A stretch of DNA of 64,000 nt, from NCBI GenBank assembly GCA_001777665.1, contig MFEQ01000004.1:10-64009 (forward strand), written 5' to 3'. The stretch is from Candidatus Doudnabacteria bacterium RIFCSPHIGHO2_02_FULL_42_25. Lineage in GTDB: Bacteria > Patescibacteriota > Doudnabacteria > UBA920 > O2-02-FULL-48-8. Position numbers and translations under genes: made by a program. The first letter of the stretch is position 1. Each line of letters opens with the position of its first letter. Shown in pieces: positions 37,666 to 47,602 of this stretch. The notes below the pieces were generated by a model, which saw only the letters and a list, made by a program, of their open reading frames with translations, did no database searches and was not told where the DNA came from.

Positions 37666-39189
37666 TTCCCACTCCATGGTACCTGGTGGCTTATTCGTAA
37701 TATCGTATACTACTCGATTTACTTCTTTTATTTCGTTTGTGATCCTCGTCGAAATCTTTTCCAAAATTTCGTAAGGCAATTTTGAAAAATTTGCAGTCAT
37801 ACCATCTTTTGATTCAACAATCCTTAAAACAAGTGGGAATTTATAACTTCTTTCATCTCCCTGTATGCCCACACTCTTGATTGGTAAGACTACGCCAAAA
37901 CTCATCCAGATCTGTTTCCAGTATTTGGTGTTGATCAATTCCTCTTCAATAATTACTTGCGCCTTGCGGACAATCAACGCACTTTCTTTGTTTACCTCAC
38001 CAATAATTCTTACAGCCAAACCAGGACCCGGAAATACCTGACGTGAAGTTATTTCATTGGGTAGTTTTAATATCCTTGAAATTTTTCGAACTTCATCTTT
38101 GTATAAATCTTTCAATGGCTCATGCAACTTTAACTTCAAATCTTTCGGAAGTCCTCCGACGTTATGGTGTGATTTTATATTAGAAGAATGTTTAGTTAAC
38201 CCACTCTCTATTCGATCAGAATAAATGGTGCCTTGTATCAAATAATCAGCGTTTGATTTTTTTGCCTCTCTGTAGAACACATCAATAAATAATTTTCCGA
38301 TAATTTTTCGCTTTTGCTCTGGAGAAGTGACACCCTTCAACCCTTTGAAAAATAATTCACTCGCATTTACTATTTTTAAATTTAAACCTTTATTTCGAAA
38401 AGCTTTTTTTATGTACTGTGTTTCATTCGCTCGCATAAGACCAGTATCGACATATACGGCCGTTAATCTCTTGCCAATGGCTTTGCTGACAATCATCGCC
38501 GCTACTGACGAGTCAATTCCTCCGGATAGGCCAATTATAGCTTTGCTACTGCCTATAGCTACTTTCGTCTCCTTTATCAATTGAGAAATAATATTTTTAT
38601 CGCTTCTTTGAGGCTTTGACCTGCAAATCTTAAAGATAAAATTTTCTAGAATTTTATCTCCTTTTTGAGTATGACTGACTTCTGGGTGAAACTGAACTCC
38701 AAAAATACGAAGTTTCTCGTTTGAATAGGAAGCAATTGGGCTATTCTTTGTGTGCGTTGTAGGTACAAAACCTCTTGGAAGTTTGATTACTATATCTCTA
38801 TGATTCATCCAGACTTTTAATTTTTTGTTTAAACTGGTAAGTAATTTATCTCGTTTGCGAATTTCTAAATCCATCAACCCATACTCACCTGATTTACCCG
38901 AACGGACTATCCCACCAAGTTTGTGCGCGATGAGCTGATGGCCATAACAAATACCAAAAACTGGAATTTCTAAATCGAGAATCCTTTTGTTAAATTTGGG
39001 TGGATTTTTCTCATATACTGATCTGGCACCCCCTGACAATATTATCCCCTTTATTAGGGGATCTTTTCGAATCTCTGCTGGAGTTATCGAAGATTCAGTC
39101 ACTTCAGCCAAAACACCGAAGTCTCGAATTCTTCGAGCGATCAAGTGACAATATTGGCCCCCAAAATCGAGTACTATAATTTTATCCAT
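37663..39189 (-). CDS. guaA: GMP synthase (glutamine-hydrolysing)
   Basis: 508 aa; GATase domain + ATP-PPase SGGIDSSV motif. Confidence 0.9.
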   Translation of the reverse strand: MDKIIVLDFGGQYCHLIARRIRDFGVLAEVTESSITPAEIRKDPLIKGIILSGGARSVYEKNPPKFNKRILDLEIPVFGICYGHQLIAHKLGGIVRSGKSGEYGLMDLEIRKRDKLLTSLNKKLKVWMNHRDIVIKLPRGFVPTTHTKNSPIASYSNEKLRIFGVQFHPEVSHTQKGDKILENFIFKICRSKPQRSDKNIISQLIKETKVAIGSSKAIIGLSGGIDSSVAAMIVSKAIGKRLTAVYVDTGLMRANETQYIKKAFRNKGLNLKIVNASELFFKGLKGVTSPEQKRKIIGKLFIDVFYREAKKSNADYLIQGTIYSDRIESGLTKHSSNIKSHHNVGGLPKDLKLKLHEPLKDLYKDEVRKISRILKLPNEITSRQVFPGPGLAVRIIGEVNKESALIVRKAQVIIEEELINTKYWKQIWMSFGVVLPIKSVGIQGDERSYKFPLVLRIVESKDGMTANFSKLPYEILEKISTRITNEIKEVNRVVYDITNKPPGTMEWE

Positions 39190-39206
39190 ATTAAAATGAT
39201 ACCAGT

Positions 39207-40355
39207 TTATTTCTTTTTCTTGAAATACTTTTTCCCTTTTAGTTTGTCTGGCAATAAATCCTCTTTGGTATACAATTCATAGCCCTGATGATAACCCAAT
39301 TCTTTCATCAATTTAGTCGGGGCGTTGCGGATCATCATTGGTATGGGTAAATTCCCTGTATCTCTGACGTCGTCTACTACTTCAAAATATGCGTCGTAGG
39401 ATTCGCGACTTTTAGGAGCCAAAGCTAAATATGCCACACCGTGGGATAGATTGATTGCACACTCCGGATATCCGATAGTCTCACAGGCTCGAAATACGTC
39501 ATTGGCTAGCTGTAATGCCACCGGGTCTGCGAGGCCTATATCTTCTGACGCAAACACAACCATGCGACGGGCGATGAATTTCGAATCCTCGCCTGCTTCG
39601 ACCATTCGAGCTAAATAATACAGCGCTGCATCGACTTGCGAGGCGCGCATAGATTTAATGAATGCGGAAATAGTATTGTAATGCTCATCTGCTTTTTTAT
39701 CGTATCTTAAATGTTTACTCTGTAAAGTATTCTTTAAATTTTCAACAGTAATATCCTGATAAAATTTGGCCGTGTTCTCGAGCATAGTGATAGCTTGTCT
39801 CGCATCGCCATTGGCCATGCGAATCAACCAATCTTTGGCTTCTTTGTCTATCTGGAAACCCGTACTCTCAATTATTTGCTCCATTTCTTTTTCTGGGAGT
39901 TCATTGAGGACAAATACTCGACAACGAGAAAGTAGAGCTGGGATGACTTCGAAACTAGGGTTTTCAGTGGTGGCACCAATCAAAGTTAAAACACCGTTCT
40001 CAACATAAGGTAAAAGAAAATCTTGCTGGGCTTTATTGAATCTATGAATTTCATCTAGAAATAATATTTTTGGTTTATTGCCCGTCAGCAAATCGGCTTT
40101 CTTTTCAACTATGTTTCGAATGTCTTCCTTTCCTGCAGAAACTGCGGAAAGTTCGTAATAATCGGCTTCCAATGCTTGAGCATAAATTCGAGCCAGAGTA
40201 GTTTTGCCTACTCCAGGTGGCCCCCACAGAATAAAGCTAAACAAATGCTTGCCTTCGATGGCAATTCGAAGAGGCTTGTCAGGACCAACTAGGTGTTCCT
40301 GACCGACAAAGTCTTTCAAACTCTTAGGGCGAATTTTGGATGCGAGGGGTTCCAT
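39207..40355 (-). CDS. rarA: Replication-associated recombination protein A (AAA+ ATPase)
   Basis: Walker [12 protein letters not shown]; MgsA/RarA-type C-terminal domain. Confidence 0.85.
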   Translation of the reverse strand: MEPLASKIRPKSLKDFVGQEHLVGPDKPLRIAIEGKHLFSFILWGPPGVGKTTLARIYAQALEADYYELSAVSAGKEDIRNIVEKKADLLTGNKPKILFLDEIHRFNKAQQDFLLPYVENGVLTLIGATTENPSFEVIPALLSRCRVFVLNELPEKEMEQIIESTGFQIDKEAKDWLIRMANGDARQAITMLENTAKFYQDITVENLKNTLQSKHLRYDKKADEHYNTISAFIKSMRASQVDAALYYLARMVEAGEDSKFIARRMVVFASEDIGLADPVALQLANDVFRACETIGYPECAINLSHGVAYLALAPKSRESYDAYFEVVDDVRDTGNLPIPMMIRNAPTKLMKELGYHQGYELYTKEDLLPDKLKGKKYFKKKK

Positions 40356-40426
40356 TCAAGAGAATCCTGACCCTCTCCTTCCAGGAGAGGGTGGCGCGAA
40401 GCGCCGGGTGAGGTGGTTTAAGGTGG

Positions 40427-40777
40427 TTAATGATTCAACAAACGATCAATTGTCTCCATTACACCATCAAAATTATCAGAGATATCACTGTTCCAGAATC
40501 TTACCACTTTATACCCAGTCGAGGTCAAGTAATTAGTTCTTATTTGATCTTTAATAATATTTATCTGTTCGTTGTGTTGCCCACCATCAAGCTCAATTAC
40601 TAGTTTCTTCTCAAAACAACAAAAGTCTACAATATATGGACCAATAACAAATTGGCGACGGAATCGATAACCGTTAAATCTCTTTCCTCTGAGATAATGC
40701 CAGAGAGTGTCCTCCCAAGGAGTTTGAAGTTTCCGAAGTTGTCTTGAACTTGATAATAATCTTTTGTTGATTCTCAT
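40427..40777 (-). CDS. DUF559 endonuclease-domain protein
   Basis: Start at MRINKRLL; GPYIVDFCCFEKKLVIELDGGQHNE core; upstream track extension is encoded by GC hairpins. Confidence 0.6.
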   Translation of the reverse strand: MRINKRLLSSSRQLRKLQTPWEDTLWHYLRGKRFNGYRFRRQFVIGPYIVDFCCFEKKLVIELDGGQHNEQINIIKDQIRTNYLTSTGYKVVRFWNSDISDNFDGVMETIDRLLNH

Positions 40778-40803
40778 GGTTGTAAAACTCTCTCCTGCCA
40801 GGA

Positions 40804-40907
40804 GAGAGTGGCCGAAGGCCGAGAGAGGTGCTTTAGCCACCCCACCCCGTCCGGTCAATCGACCGGACGGCCCTCCCCTGTTAGGGGAGGGTGCGTTATT
40901 CTTTGGA
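40804..40907. repeat. Cluster of GC-rich hairpins upstream of DUF559 gene
   Basis: CTCTCTCC-TGCC-AGGAGAGAG; GGCC-GAA-GGCC; CCGTCCGGTC-AA-TCGACCGGACGG; CCCTCCCC-TGTTA-GGGGAGGG. 40804-40836 is a ~75% direct repeat of 40372-40406 on the other side of the gene. Confidence 0.5.
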
Positions 40908-41066
40908 ATAAAAACAGCGACGTTGCCGCCGCTCATCTTTATTAACTCCCCTATTTCTAGGGTTCCGAATGTGTTACTAAGATATTATACCCCATGAAGG
41001 AGAATTATGCAAATTTGCTCTCGATTTGTTATTGCTATAAAATATAATAAATCAGAGGAGGCAACC

Positions 41067-41624
41067 ATGGACGAGCCGACTCGAACGAAGTTGACCGAGG
41101 AAATCTGGGAATGCCGTACTTTTGTACGGGCCTTGTGCTATCGGTCCGTATGGCGCGAGACGGATGCGGCCGGCCTTGCTGAAGATTTGACTCAAGAAAT
41201 CATGGTCAAAGCGTGGCGAGGCCTCGACAAGTTCAAGCAGAATGCCAAAATCAGTTCTTGGATGCACCGCATCGCGATCAATCACTGTCTGACCTACCAC
41301 AGGACACATCGCCGTCGATCAGTTTCGACTGACGACGTACTCTATGCCATCGAGGACTCGACAGATCACGTCTTAGAATTGCTCAATACCGGCGACTCTG
41401 AAAGCCGGTACATCAGCGACTTAAACGCACTTCGACAGGCCAGACGCTATTCGCAGTACCTCGACCCGTCTGAAAAAAAATTGTTCCACTCCTTATTAGT
41501 GGACAAAACTTGGGTTGAGTCCGCTCGAATGTTGGGCCTTAAACTCAGCGCCTACAAGTCACGGGTTCGTCGTCTAAGGAAACGACTTCAAGAGCTGAAT
41601 GCAACAAATCCACGCCTTATGTAG
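41067..41624 (+). CDS. ECF-type RNA polymerase sigma-70 factor
   Basis: AGGAGG SD then ATG; region 2 DLTQEIMVKAWRGLDKF...SWMHRIAINHCL; region 4 SARMLGLKLSAYKSRVRRLRKRL. Confidence 0.7.
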   Translation: MDEPTRTKLTEEIWECRTFVRALCYRSVWRETDAAGLAEDLTQEIMVKAWRGLDKFKQNAKISSWMHRIAINHCLTYHRTHRRRSVSTDDVLYAIEDSTDHVLELLNTGDSESRYISDLNALRQARRYSQYLDPSEKKLFHSLLVDKTWVESARMLGLKLSAYKSRVRRLRKRLQELNATNPRLM

Positions 41625-41650
41625 CAGTTGCTCGCAGGCGTTTTCTTTTT

Positions 41651-42169
41651 TCAATTTGAAAATCTTTTTATTAATAAATCTATATATGGCATGGGAGACC
41701 ATTCAGCTTTATTGTTTTTATTCGCTGCGACATTTTTTAAATCCATCCATTTGACTTCATCTACTTCCTCTTTTTCTAGCTTCAGATCTTTCAAATCACC
41801 CTCCCATCGATAAACATAGACGTATCGGAATTCTTTATTTAAACCATTATCCCATTTAATCGTTTCGACGAATTCTAAATCCTCTGGCTTTGCATTCAGT
41901 CCCGATTCTTCAAATAATTCCTGTCGAGCGTTTTCCAAAATATCTTGTCCTGCCAAACAATGCCCGCCAAAAGCCGGATCCCAACATCCAGGCGAGTGGA
42001 CTTTCAACATCGAGCGCTTATTGCAAAGAATTTCGTTTTTGTCATTCATAACAATAATGTCCGTGCCCCTATGCCAAATTCCTTCAGCGTGAGCTTTTTC
42101 TCTAACCACTGATTCTATAGGCTGATTGTTTTCATCCACTGCAAAAATCAATTCTTGATTGTTGATCAT
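41651..42169 (-). CDS. NUDIX hydrolase
   Basis: GGHCLAGQDILENARQELFEESGL Nudix box. Confidence 0.65.
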   Translation of the reverse strand: MINNQELIFAVDENNQPIESVVREKAHAEGIWHRGTDIIVMNDKNEILCNKRSMLKVHSPGCWDPAFGGHCLAGQDILENARQELFEESGLNAKPEDLEFVETIKWDNGLNKEFRYVYVYRWEGDLKDLKLEKEEVDEVKWMDLKNVAANKNNKAEWSPMPYIDLLIKRFSN

Positions 42170-42768
42170 AGACTTTTAATATCTTCTATAATCACGGGTA
42201 ATTCTGGAAGATTAAAATGGCCAAACCCATCAAGAACTCGGACGGTTGCTTTTGGTAGAGCTTTGCGATAAATTTCTAAATCAGAAAACGGAACCATGTT
42301 ATCATCTTTGCTGTGATATAAAAATATTTTATCTGCTTGAGATGATAACTTTTCTAGACTTTCAGGCAATGAAAAATCTAACAATCTATACTCGGGCAAA
42401 TTATCTTTGGCTGGTCCCGCTAAAAGAAAAACAGCTTTTATTTTCTTAGGAAAATCGTTCTCACTTAAATATTTCGCAAGAAATAACGCGCCTAGTGAAC
42501 CGCCTATTAAAATAACACCATCATTTAAATACGAAATAAACTTTTCAAACCAAATTTTCCATTCAATATACTTGGCATTGCGCTTGCTCGGCATCTCTGG
42601 TCGAATAATTTGATAATCCGTCCCGAGTCGATCAGCTAAATTATCTTGCCAGCCCTTAACCCGCAAACCGTGCTTTTCAAAATCAATCTGCTTATTTTTA
42701 AGATAAGCTAAATATTCCTCGTGTGTCTCCCAATTATCGCCGCCATGAACCAATAAGATTTGTTGCAT
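42166..42768 (-). CDS. Alpha/beta-hydrolase (serine hydrolase, YdeN/RBBP9-like)
   Basis: Start at MQQILLVHGG; GxSxG nucleophile elbow GGSLGA. Confidence 0.5.
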   Translation of the reverse strand: MQQILLVHGGDNWETHEEYLAYLKNKQIDFEKHGLRVKGWQDNLADRLGTDYQIIRPEMPSKRNAKYIEWKIWFEKFISYLNDGVILIGGSLGALFLAKYLSENDFPKKIKAVFLLAGPAKDNLPEYRLLDFSLPESLEKLSSQADKIFLYHSKDDNMVPFSDLEIYRKALPKATVRVLDGFGHFNLPELPVIIEDIKSL

Positions 42769-42810
42769 ACAATAATCATAACAAAAAATCGCCCGCGAGG
42801 CGACTGGGCT

Positions 42811-42847
42811 ATTTGCTACCATACTTGGTAGTATGGTAGCATTTGGC
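42811..42847. promoter_or_regulatory. Palindromic motif TGCTACCATA-CTTGGTAG-TATGGTAGCA (copy 2, perfect 10-bp IR)
   Basis: Seen directly; ~45 bp upstream of hydrolase ATG. Confidence 0.4.
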
Positions 42848-42907
42848 TATTTTGATGTTTGGTCTGAACGAAAAAAAGACCTGGCGTATGCCGCCAGGCA
42901 CGACCGA

Positions 42908-43540
42908 CTACTTCGTTGTCACGGCGATGATAGATCGGGCACGATCGTTTGTATTCAATGCCCGAAACCTCGCGTAGGACATCGAGTCCAGAATCGTGGC
43001 ACCAACCTCATCGAGCCTGCTCGACGCCGAACTACGGATGATCCGATCAACCTCGGTAGGATTAGCGTGATGTGCATATTGGCGTACAGCATTTTCGAGT
43101 AAACCTAGAGATAACTCGTCGAACTCTTCTGCTCTTAAACCGTAGCGATCACTGATCAGTCGACACGCCTTCTCGACAAAATAACCGTCGTCGTTTTTCC
43201 GTGTACCAGCTTCGCAGATCGCTGCTATGCCGAAGAACAACCCCGGCAAAGCTCCCATCACAAACCCCGAATTGTGCGAACGGTCAGGATGTTGAACGAA
43301 AGGACACACAAAAGTCCCAAGCCAATCATCCTGGTGCTCTGGGAACAGACGGTAGAGAGCCACGATGGCGCCCACTACGCGGTTTCTGTCTTGCGCCCTT
43401 GCCAGCACAGGATAGATTTCTTGCGCGTTGGAATGCGTCGGATTTCGGGCCTTAAGCGCGATAGACACGACCTCGTGTGCGAGCCGACTGTCGACCAGAT
43501 ACATTACTTCTTTCAGCACGTCACGTGGAATACTCAGCAT
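42908..43540 (-). CDS. Hypothetical protein, GC-rich island
   Basis: 210 aa, no recognisable motif; GC content clearly above flanking genes. Confidence 0.4.
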   Translation of the reverse strand: MLSIPRDVLKEVMYLVDSRLAHEVVSIALKARNPTHSNAQEIYPVLARAQDRNRVVGAIVALYRLFPEHQDDWLGTFVCPFVQHPDRSHNSGFVMGALPGLFFGIAAICEAGTRKNDDGYFVEKACRLISDRYGLRAEEFDELSLGLLENAVRQYAHHANPTEVDRIIRSSASSRLDEVGATILDSMSYARFRALNTNDRARSIIAVTTK

Positions 43541-43631
43541 ATTCCCTCATTTCTTTTGTCGAACTCCCTCTGCAGGAGTTTCACTCCTTAGGCACTGACA
43601 CTCAGCATGTCAGCACCATGAGGATAGCATA

Positions 43632-43655
43632 ACAAAAAACCGCCCCGAGGGCGAT
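43632..43655 (-). terminator. Rho-independent terminator (minus strand) after ABC permease + structured element
   Basis: Minus-strand CGCCCTCGGGGCG hairpin followed by GTTTTTTGTT. Confidence 0.55.
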
Positions 43656-43692
43656 GTGTAAAAAATCCATTAACCTGGCAGCGAGGCACTTG

Positions 43693-43771
43693 GTAAAATT
43701 AGCTCTCGCAGGACGACGGTCCGAGAGCGCAGGCCAAAAATTCAGCAGAATTTTATGGCCGGTAATTTTAC
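43693..43771. repeat. 79-nt multi-hairpin structured element, copy 2
   Basis: Same architecture; stem differs by paired changes (CTCTCG/CGAGAG vs CTCGCG/CGCGAG-like in copy 1). Confidence 0.6.
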
Positions 43772-43788
43772 CAACGTGCCGAGCGTAA

Positions 43789-44871
43789 TTATTGGCGTTT
43801 TTCTTCGAAGGAGAAGGTCCAGTTGGCTAAAATTACCAGGATGATGGCCCAGCCGATCATCCACCAAATATCAGTACTGATTTGCGCAAAACTTGCGCCT
43901 TTGGTCATGACTTCCCTCATTGAGTGTGAAAGAAAAGTTAGCGGTAAATATTTCGCAATGTTCATAAGCCATGTCGGGAAAGATTCGATAGCAAAAAATG
44001 TTCCGCCCAAAAACAACATCGGGAAAGCGATGAGGTTTGCAAACACCGGTACTGACTCAACTGTCGATGCCATGCCTGATATGGCAAACCCGAGACCCAG
44101 AAACATCAATGAACCTAAAATAGCAATCAATGCTATCAGCCAATACGAACCTATAATTTGGACATTAAAAAATATAACTGCAATGCTGATAAATATTGCG
44201 GTTTGGATCAATGTAATCAGCAATCGCACTATGACATTGGAGAGAACAAATGTAGACGGTCGCATCGGGGTGGCAATCATTCGCTTGAGGATTCCTTTTT
44301 CTTTGAAAGTGACAAACAAAAATGCCACAGTGAAAATCGTCATTTGCATGATCGAGAGAGCCACTAATCCCGGTAGCAAAAAATCGATATACTTTAGATG
44401 ATGAGAATTAATCTCTTCTTTATTAACAGTGAAATGATTGGCACCGCCACTTAGAGTTAGCGCAGTTTTATCGAGCATACCACTGATAATATTTACTGCG
44501 GCCGCTGATTCTGCAGGTTCGTTGGCATTGGCCAAAACCTTGATTTCGCTCGGACCCGGAATTAAATCAGCTGGAATGATAAAAACAGCAGCACGCTTAT
44601 CATCTTGAAGTGCTTTCCGCTCTTCGGACTCGATTCCTTCGTGGATTTCAAAAACCGGAACTTGTTTAATGCCCTCGATGAACTGCTTTGTTTGTGCACT
44701 GGGCGGTGCATTTAAAACAATTCCGACATCGAATTTGGTGGCACTGTCAAAATTGATTAAACCCAAAACTACCATCAGGAAAATTGGGAAAAAGAAAGTA
44801 AAATACATTGCCTGCTTGTTGCGGACAAACATTTTTATCGCGACGACAGTTAGTTTCCAAAGTGTAAACAT
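43789..44871 (-). CDS. ABC-2 type transporter permease
   Basis: 360 aa; N-terminal TM, large periplasmic loop, 5 C-terminal TM helices; 4-bp gap to ATPase gene. Confidence 0.7.
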   Translation of the reverse strand: MFTLWKLTVVAIKMFVRNKQAMYFTFFFPIFLMVVLGLINFDSATKFDVGIVLNAPPSAQTKQFIEGIKQVPVFEIHEGIESEERKALQDDKRAAVFIIPADLIPGPSEIKVLANANEPAESAAAVNIISGMLDKTALTLSGGANHFTVNKEEINSHHLKYIDFLLPGLVALSIMQMTIFTVAFLFVTFKEKGILKRMIATPMRPSTFVLSNVIVRLLITLIQTAIFISIAVIFFNVQIIGSYWLIALIAILGSLMFLGLGFAISGMASTVESVPVFANLIAFPMLFLGGTFFAIESFPTWLMNIAKYLPLTFLSHSMREVMTKGASFAQISTDIWWMIGWAIILVILANWTFSFEEKRQ

Positions 44872-44875
44872 CCCG

Positions 44876-45802
44876 TTAGTCCCTTAATCCATGGCCCGTT
44901 AGTTTCAAAAAGACATCTTCCAAAGTCGGCTGATGAAGTTGTAAGTCTACTAATTTTACTCCTGCTTCTCTGCTCAATTTAAATAAATCGGATAACGTCG
45001 CTTCAGAATTATCTGTAGTTAATCGATAAGTATGATCTTCAGACTGAACAGAAGTAACCCCTGTTATTGCTTTTAGTTGTTCTATATCCAAAGGCTTATC
45101 CACCAAAAAATGAATAGACGTTGACAAACCAGGCAATTTCAAAAGATTTTGTGTAGTATCGAGAGCTATAATGTGAGCATGGTCCATGACCGCAATTCGA
45201 TCACATAAAATCTCTGCTTCATCCATATAGTGGGTTGTCAGGACGACGGTTTTTCCTTTTTTGTTAATCTCTGTAATCAATTCCCAAAGATTACGTCTGG
45301 CTTGAGGATCTAGGCCCGTGGTTGGCTCATCCAAAAATAAAACTTTCGGATCATTGACTAGAGCAGCAGCTATAGAAAATCTCTGCTTCTGTCCACCAGA
45401 TAATTCTTTGTGCTGAGATTTTGCTTTTTCCTCGAGTTGGACTTCACGCAGCAATTCCATGGCATCAACTTTGCGGTTATAAAGAGCGCCGAAAGTTTCC
45501 AATAATTCTAATAAATTTAATCCTTCGAAAAACGAAGACGACTGCAACTGCACTCCAATCAACGATTTTACAGTTCGAGTATCTTTGCTGACATCGTGCC
45601 CATCCAAAAAGGCCTGGCCAGATGTTATACCCTTCAGCCCTTCAATCATTTCTAGCGTAGTAGTCTTCCCTGCTCCATTTGGCCCGAGAATACCAAAAAC
45701 CTCACCTTCATTAACCTCGAAGCTGATATTATCAACGGCAGTTAATCCGCCAGCTGGCGGACCGTATTTTTTCTTTAAATTTTTGACTTCAATAATTGCC
45801 AC
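44876..45802 (-). CDS. ABC transporter ATP-binding protein
   Basis: Walker A GPNGAGKTT, signature LSGGQKQR, Walker B LFLDEPTTGLD. Confidence 0.85.
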   Translation of the reverse strand: MAIIEVKNLKKKYGPPAGGLTAVDNISFEVNEGEVFGILGPNGAGKTTTLEMIEGLKGITSGQAFLDGHDVSKDTRTVKSLIGVQLQSSSFFEGLNLLELLETFGALYNRKVDAMELLREVQLEEKAKSQHKELSGGQKQRFSIAAALVNDPKVLFLDEPTTGLDPQARRNLWELITEINKKGKTVVLTTHYMDEAEILCDRIAVMDHAHIIALDTTQNLLKLPGLSTSIHFLVDKPLDIEQLKAITGVTSVQSEDHTYRLTTDNSEATLSDLFKLSREAGVKLVDLQLHQPTLEDVFLKLTGHGLRD

Positions 45803-45876
45803 AGTTAAATATTATAGCGTATTTTGGAACGCCTGTCAAAGCCGAGTTCTTATTACTATTTACTACTTACTAGTTA

Positions 45877-47595
45877 CTAATTTATTATTTCACCGGCTGG
45901 AAAACCATCAACATCGCCTTGTGGTAAGATAGTCGGTTTCGGATACCTCGCCCGTTTGTATGACGCGGCAGTGTACATGCGCTTCAAACCATTTTCCATT
46001 TTATATATGGCGGAAGACTGATCGCCTTTGATCACTGTCCCATCGCGAGGTGGGAACAAACCTCCATTCGGAATGGCCATTAACTCCTCCGAGGAAACTG
46101 TCAACAGTGGGAAGAATCCAACCCCTCGTTGCTTCCAGACAAAAGCCGTCACTCCTCTTCGAGAATTGTCACGGAACCACCAAATCGTTGGGTCATCCGG
46201 AGTTTTCAGAGCGACCATATTAGGCGGTGTTAGAAACGGTCCAGATGCCATAGAAGACACTTCAACATCGGACAGTTTCATAATTTTCCCGAAAGAATAT
46301 TTACGAGCAACAAATACAGCACCTGATATTGGTCGTTTTAATCCGGTATCAATAATATATACCGTGGGATTCGTCTCACTCATGATCAGGGTTCCATCTG
46401 TTGGAGTTTCATAACTACCGGTCGCATATGAATCGACTTCGGCTTGGGGTAGTATCATCACGTTGCTAGCTAACAATTTTCGTTGGGCGAATACTGGGGC
46501 AGAAATGGGATGCTTTACTCCATCGCCAATTACATACGTTGTCGCATCGATATCACCTTTGAGCAAAGTGCCCTCAAGGGGAACCATTTGTTTTTCAGTT
46601 GGATATGAATCAAATTCTGTTTGGGAGACAATTATTACATTTGCAGTTTTGATGCCCCTCTGTCCCGCTACAAATGCAGAGAACGGCCGCTTCGTGCCAT
46701 TATCTATGACATACTGTTGAATGTCGCCAACACGGATAATAACTGTTCCATTCGGGTATTTAAACCAAGTGGAATAAAATTTCCAAAAATTATAATTGCC
46801 ATTGTAGACGTGAGGGGTATATCGATAAAGCGCAGCCGTCGCGTAATTGCCCAAAGTTACTGTTTGCTGTTGTTGGACTCCACTATAACCATTCAAAGTA
46901 TTATCAAGCGTAATACTATCGCCCACTCTGGCGGTTCGGACTACAGGACGGCCATAGGTCGTATTTTGGGCATCTACCATAGGTCCGCGGCCGACTCGAG
47001 CACCACCAACTTCAGCTCTAAATGAGCGCATCAAGGAAGCTGCAGCGCCTAGCCATCGATTACCTTCTCCGTCGAAAGTTCCAAATAGTTGTCGATAGAA
47101 ACCTAGGAAAATATCGCCGCAACCTTCGTAATCAGGACAGCCAAATCCTAACGAACGATCAAGCGCTCTTTGCAAACTACTGTCAGAATTAAAAGTTCCA
47201 GCAATTAAACTTTGTTCTTTTTGCAAAATTACTAAGATGACTTGAGGATTTAGCCCCCACTTCGCACCGGCATCGTAAATTAGCTCTGCGGCTGTACGCA
47301 GTCTGGTTAGGTTTGGTTGTGGATCTTCAAGCCCGACTTTCGTCAATGTATCTGCTTCTTTGAGTTTGATTAAAAATTCCGGAGTGGTATTGGCTAACAC
47401 TGAACCCTTTAATTCCAAAAAGCTCTGAATTCCCGCAGCGGAACCAAACGTTCCGACATCAGCAAATGCTTCGTCAGGAATAATCAATCCGGGATTAAAT
47501 GCAGAATCAGGCACCGCTTGAGCTAACGCTTGCAGGGGTGAAAATCCAATTTCCAGGCTCCAAAACACAATTAGCAACCATTTGATATTTTTCAT
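45877..47595 (-). CDS. Secreted protein: N-terminal putative cell-wall/glycan hydrolase-like domain + five ~55-aa repeats
   Basis: Signal peptide; repeats of form DGTLIxxxxDPTVYxIDxGxKRPIS..VF...Y.F..V..L..AEV. Confidence 0.45.
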   Translation of the reverse strand: MKNIKWLLIVFWSLEIGFSPLQALAQAVPDSAFNPGLIIPDEAFADVGTFGSAAGIQSFLELKGSVLANTTPEFLIKLKEADTLTKVGLEDPQPNLTRLRTAAELIYDAGAKWGLNPQVILVILQKEQSLIAGTFNSDSSLQRALDRSLGFGCPDYEGCGDIFLGFYRQLFGTFDGEGNRWLGAAASLMRSFRAEVGGARVGRGPMVDAQNTTYGRPVVRTARVGDSITLDNTLNGYSGVQQQQTVTLGNYATAALYRYTPHVYNGNYNFWKFYSTWFKYPNGTVIIRVGDIQQYVIDNGTKRPFSAFVAGQRGIKTANVIIVSQTEFDSYPTEKQMVPLEGTLLKGDIDATTYVIGDGVKHPISAPVFAQRKLLASNVMILPQAEVDSYATGSYETPTDGTLIMSETNPTVYIIDTGLKRPISGAVFVARKYSFGKIMKLSDVEVSSMASGPFLTPPNMVALKTPDDPTIWWFRDNSRRGVTAFVWKQRGVGFFPLLTVSSEELMAIPNGGLFPPRDGTVIKGDQSSAIYKMENGLKRMYTAASYKRARYPKPTILPQGDVDGFPAGEIIN

Positions 47596-47602
47596 TTATG
47601 AT

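Noticed and set aside
40778-40936. 53-aa N-terminal extension of the DUF559 ORF
   Set aside because: Encoded entirely by GC-rich hairpin repeats (Gly/Pro/Arg-rich low complexity); the DUF559 domain starts at the internal Met (MRINKRLL).
42769-42822. 18-aa N-terminal extension of the alpha/beta-hydrolase ORF
   Set aside because: Overlaps the conserved palindromic motif region; the internal Met (MQQILLVHGG) begins the canonical alpha/beta-hydrolase strand-1 and is the likelier start.
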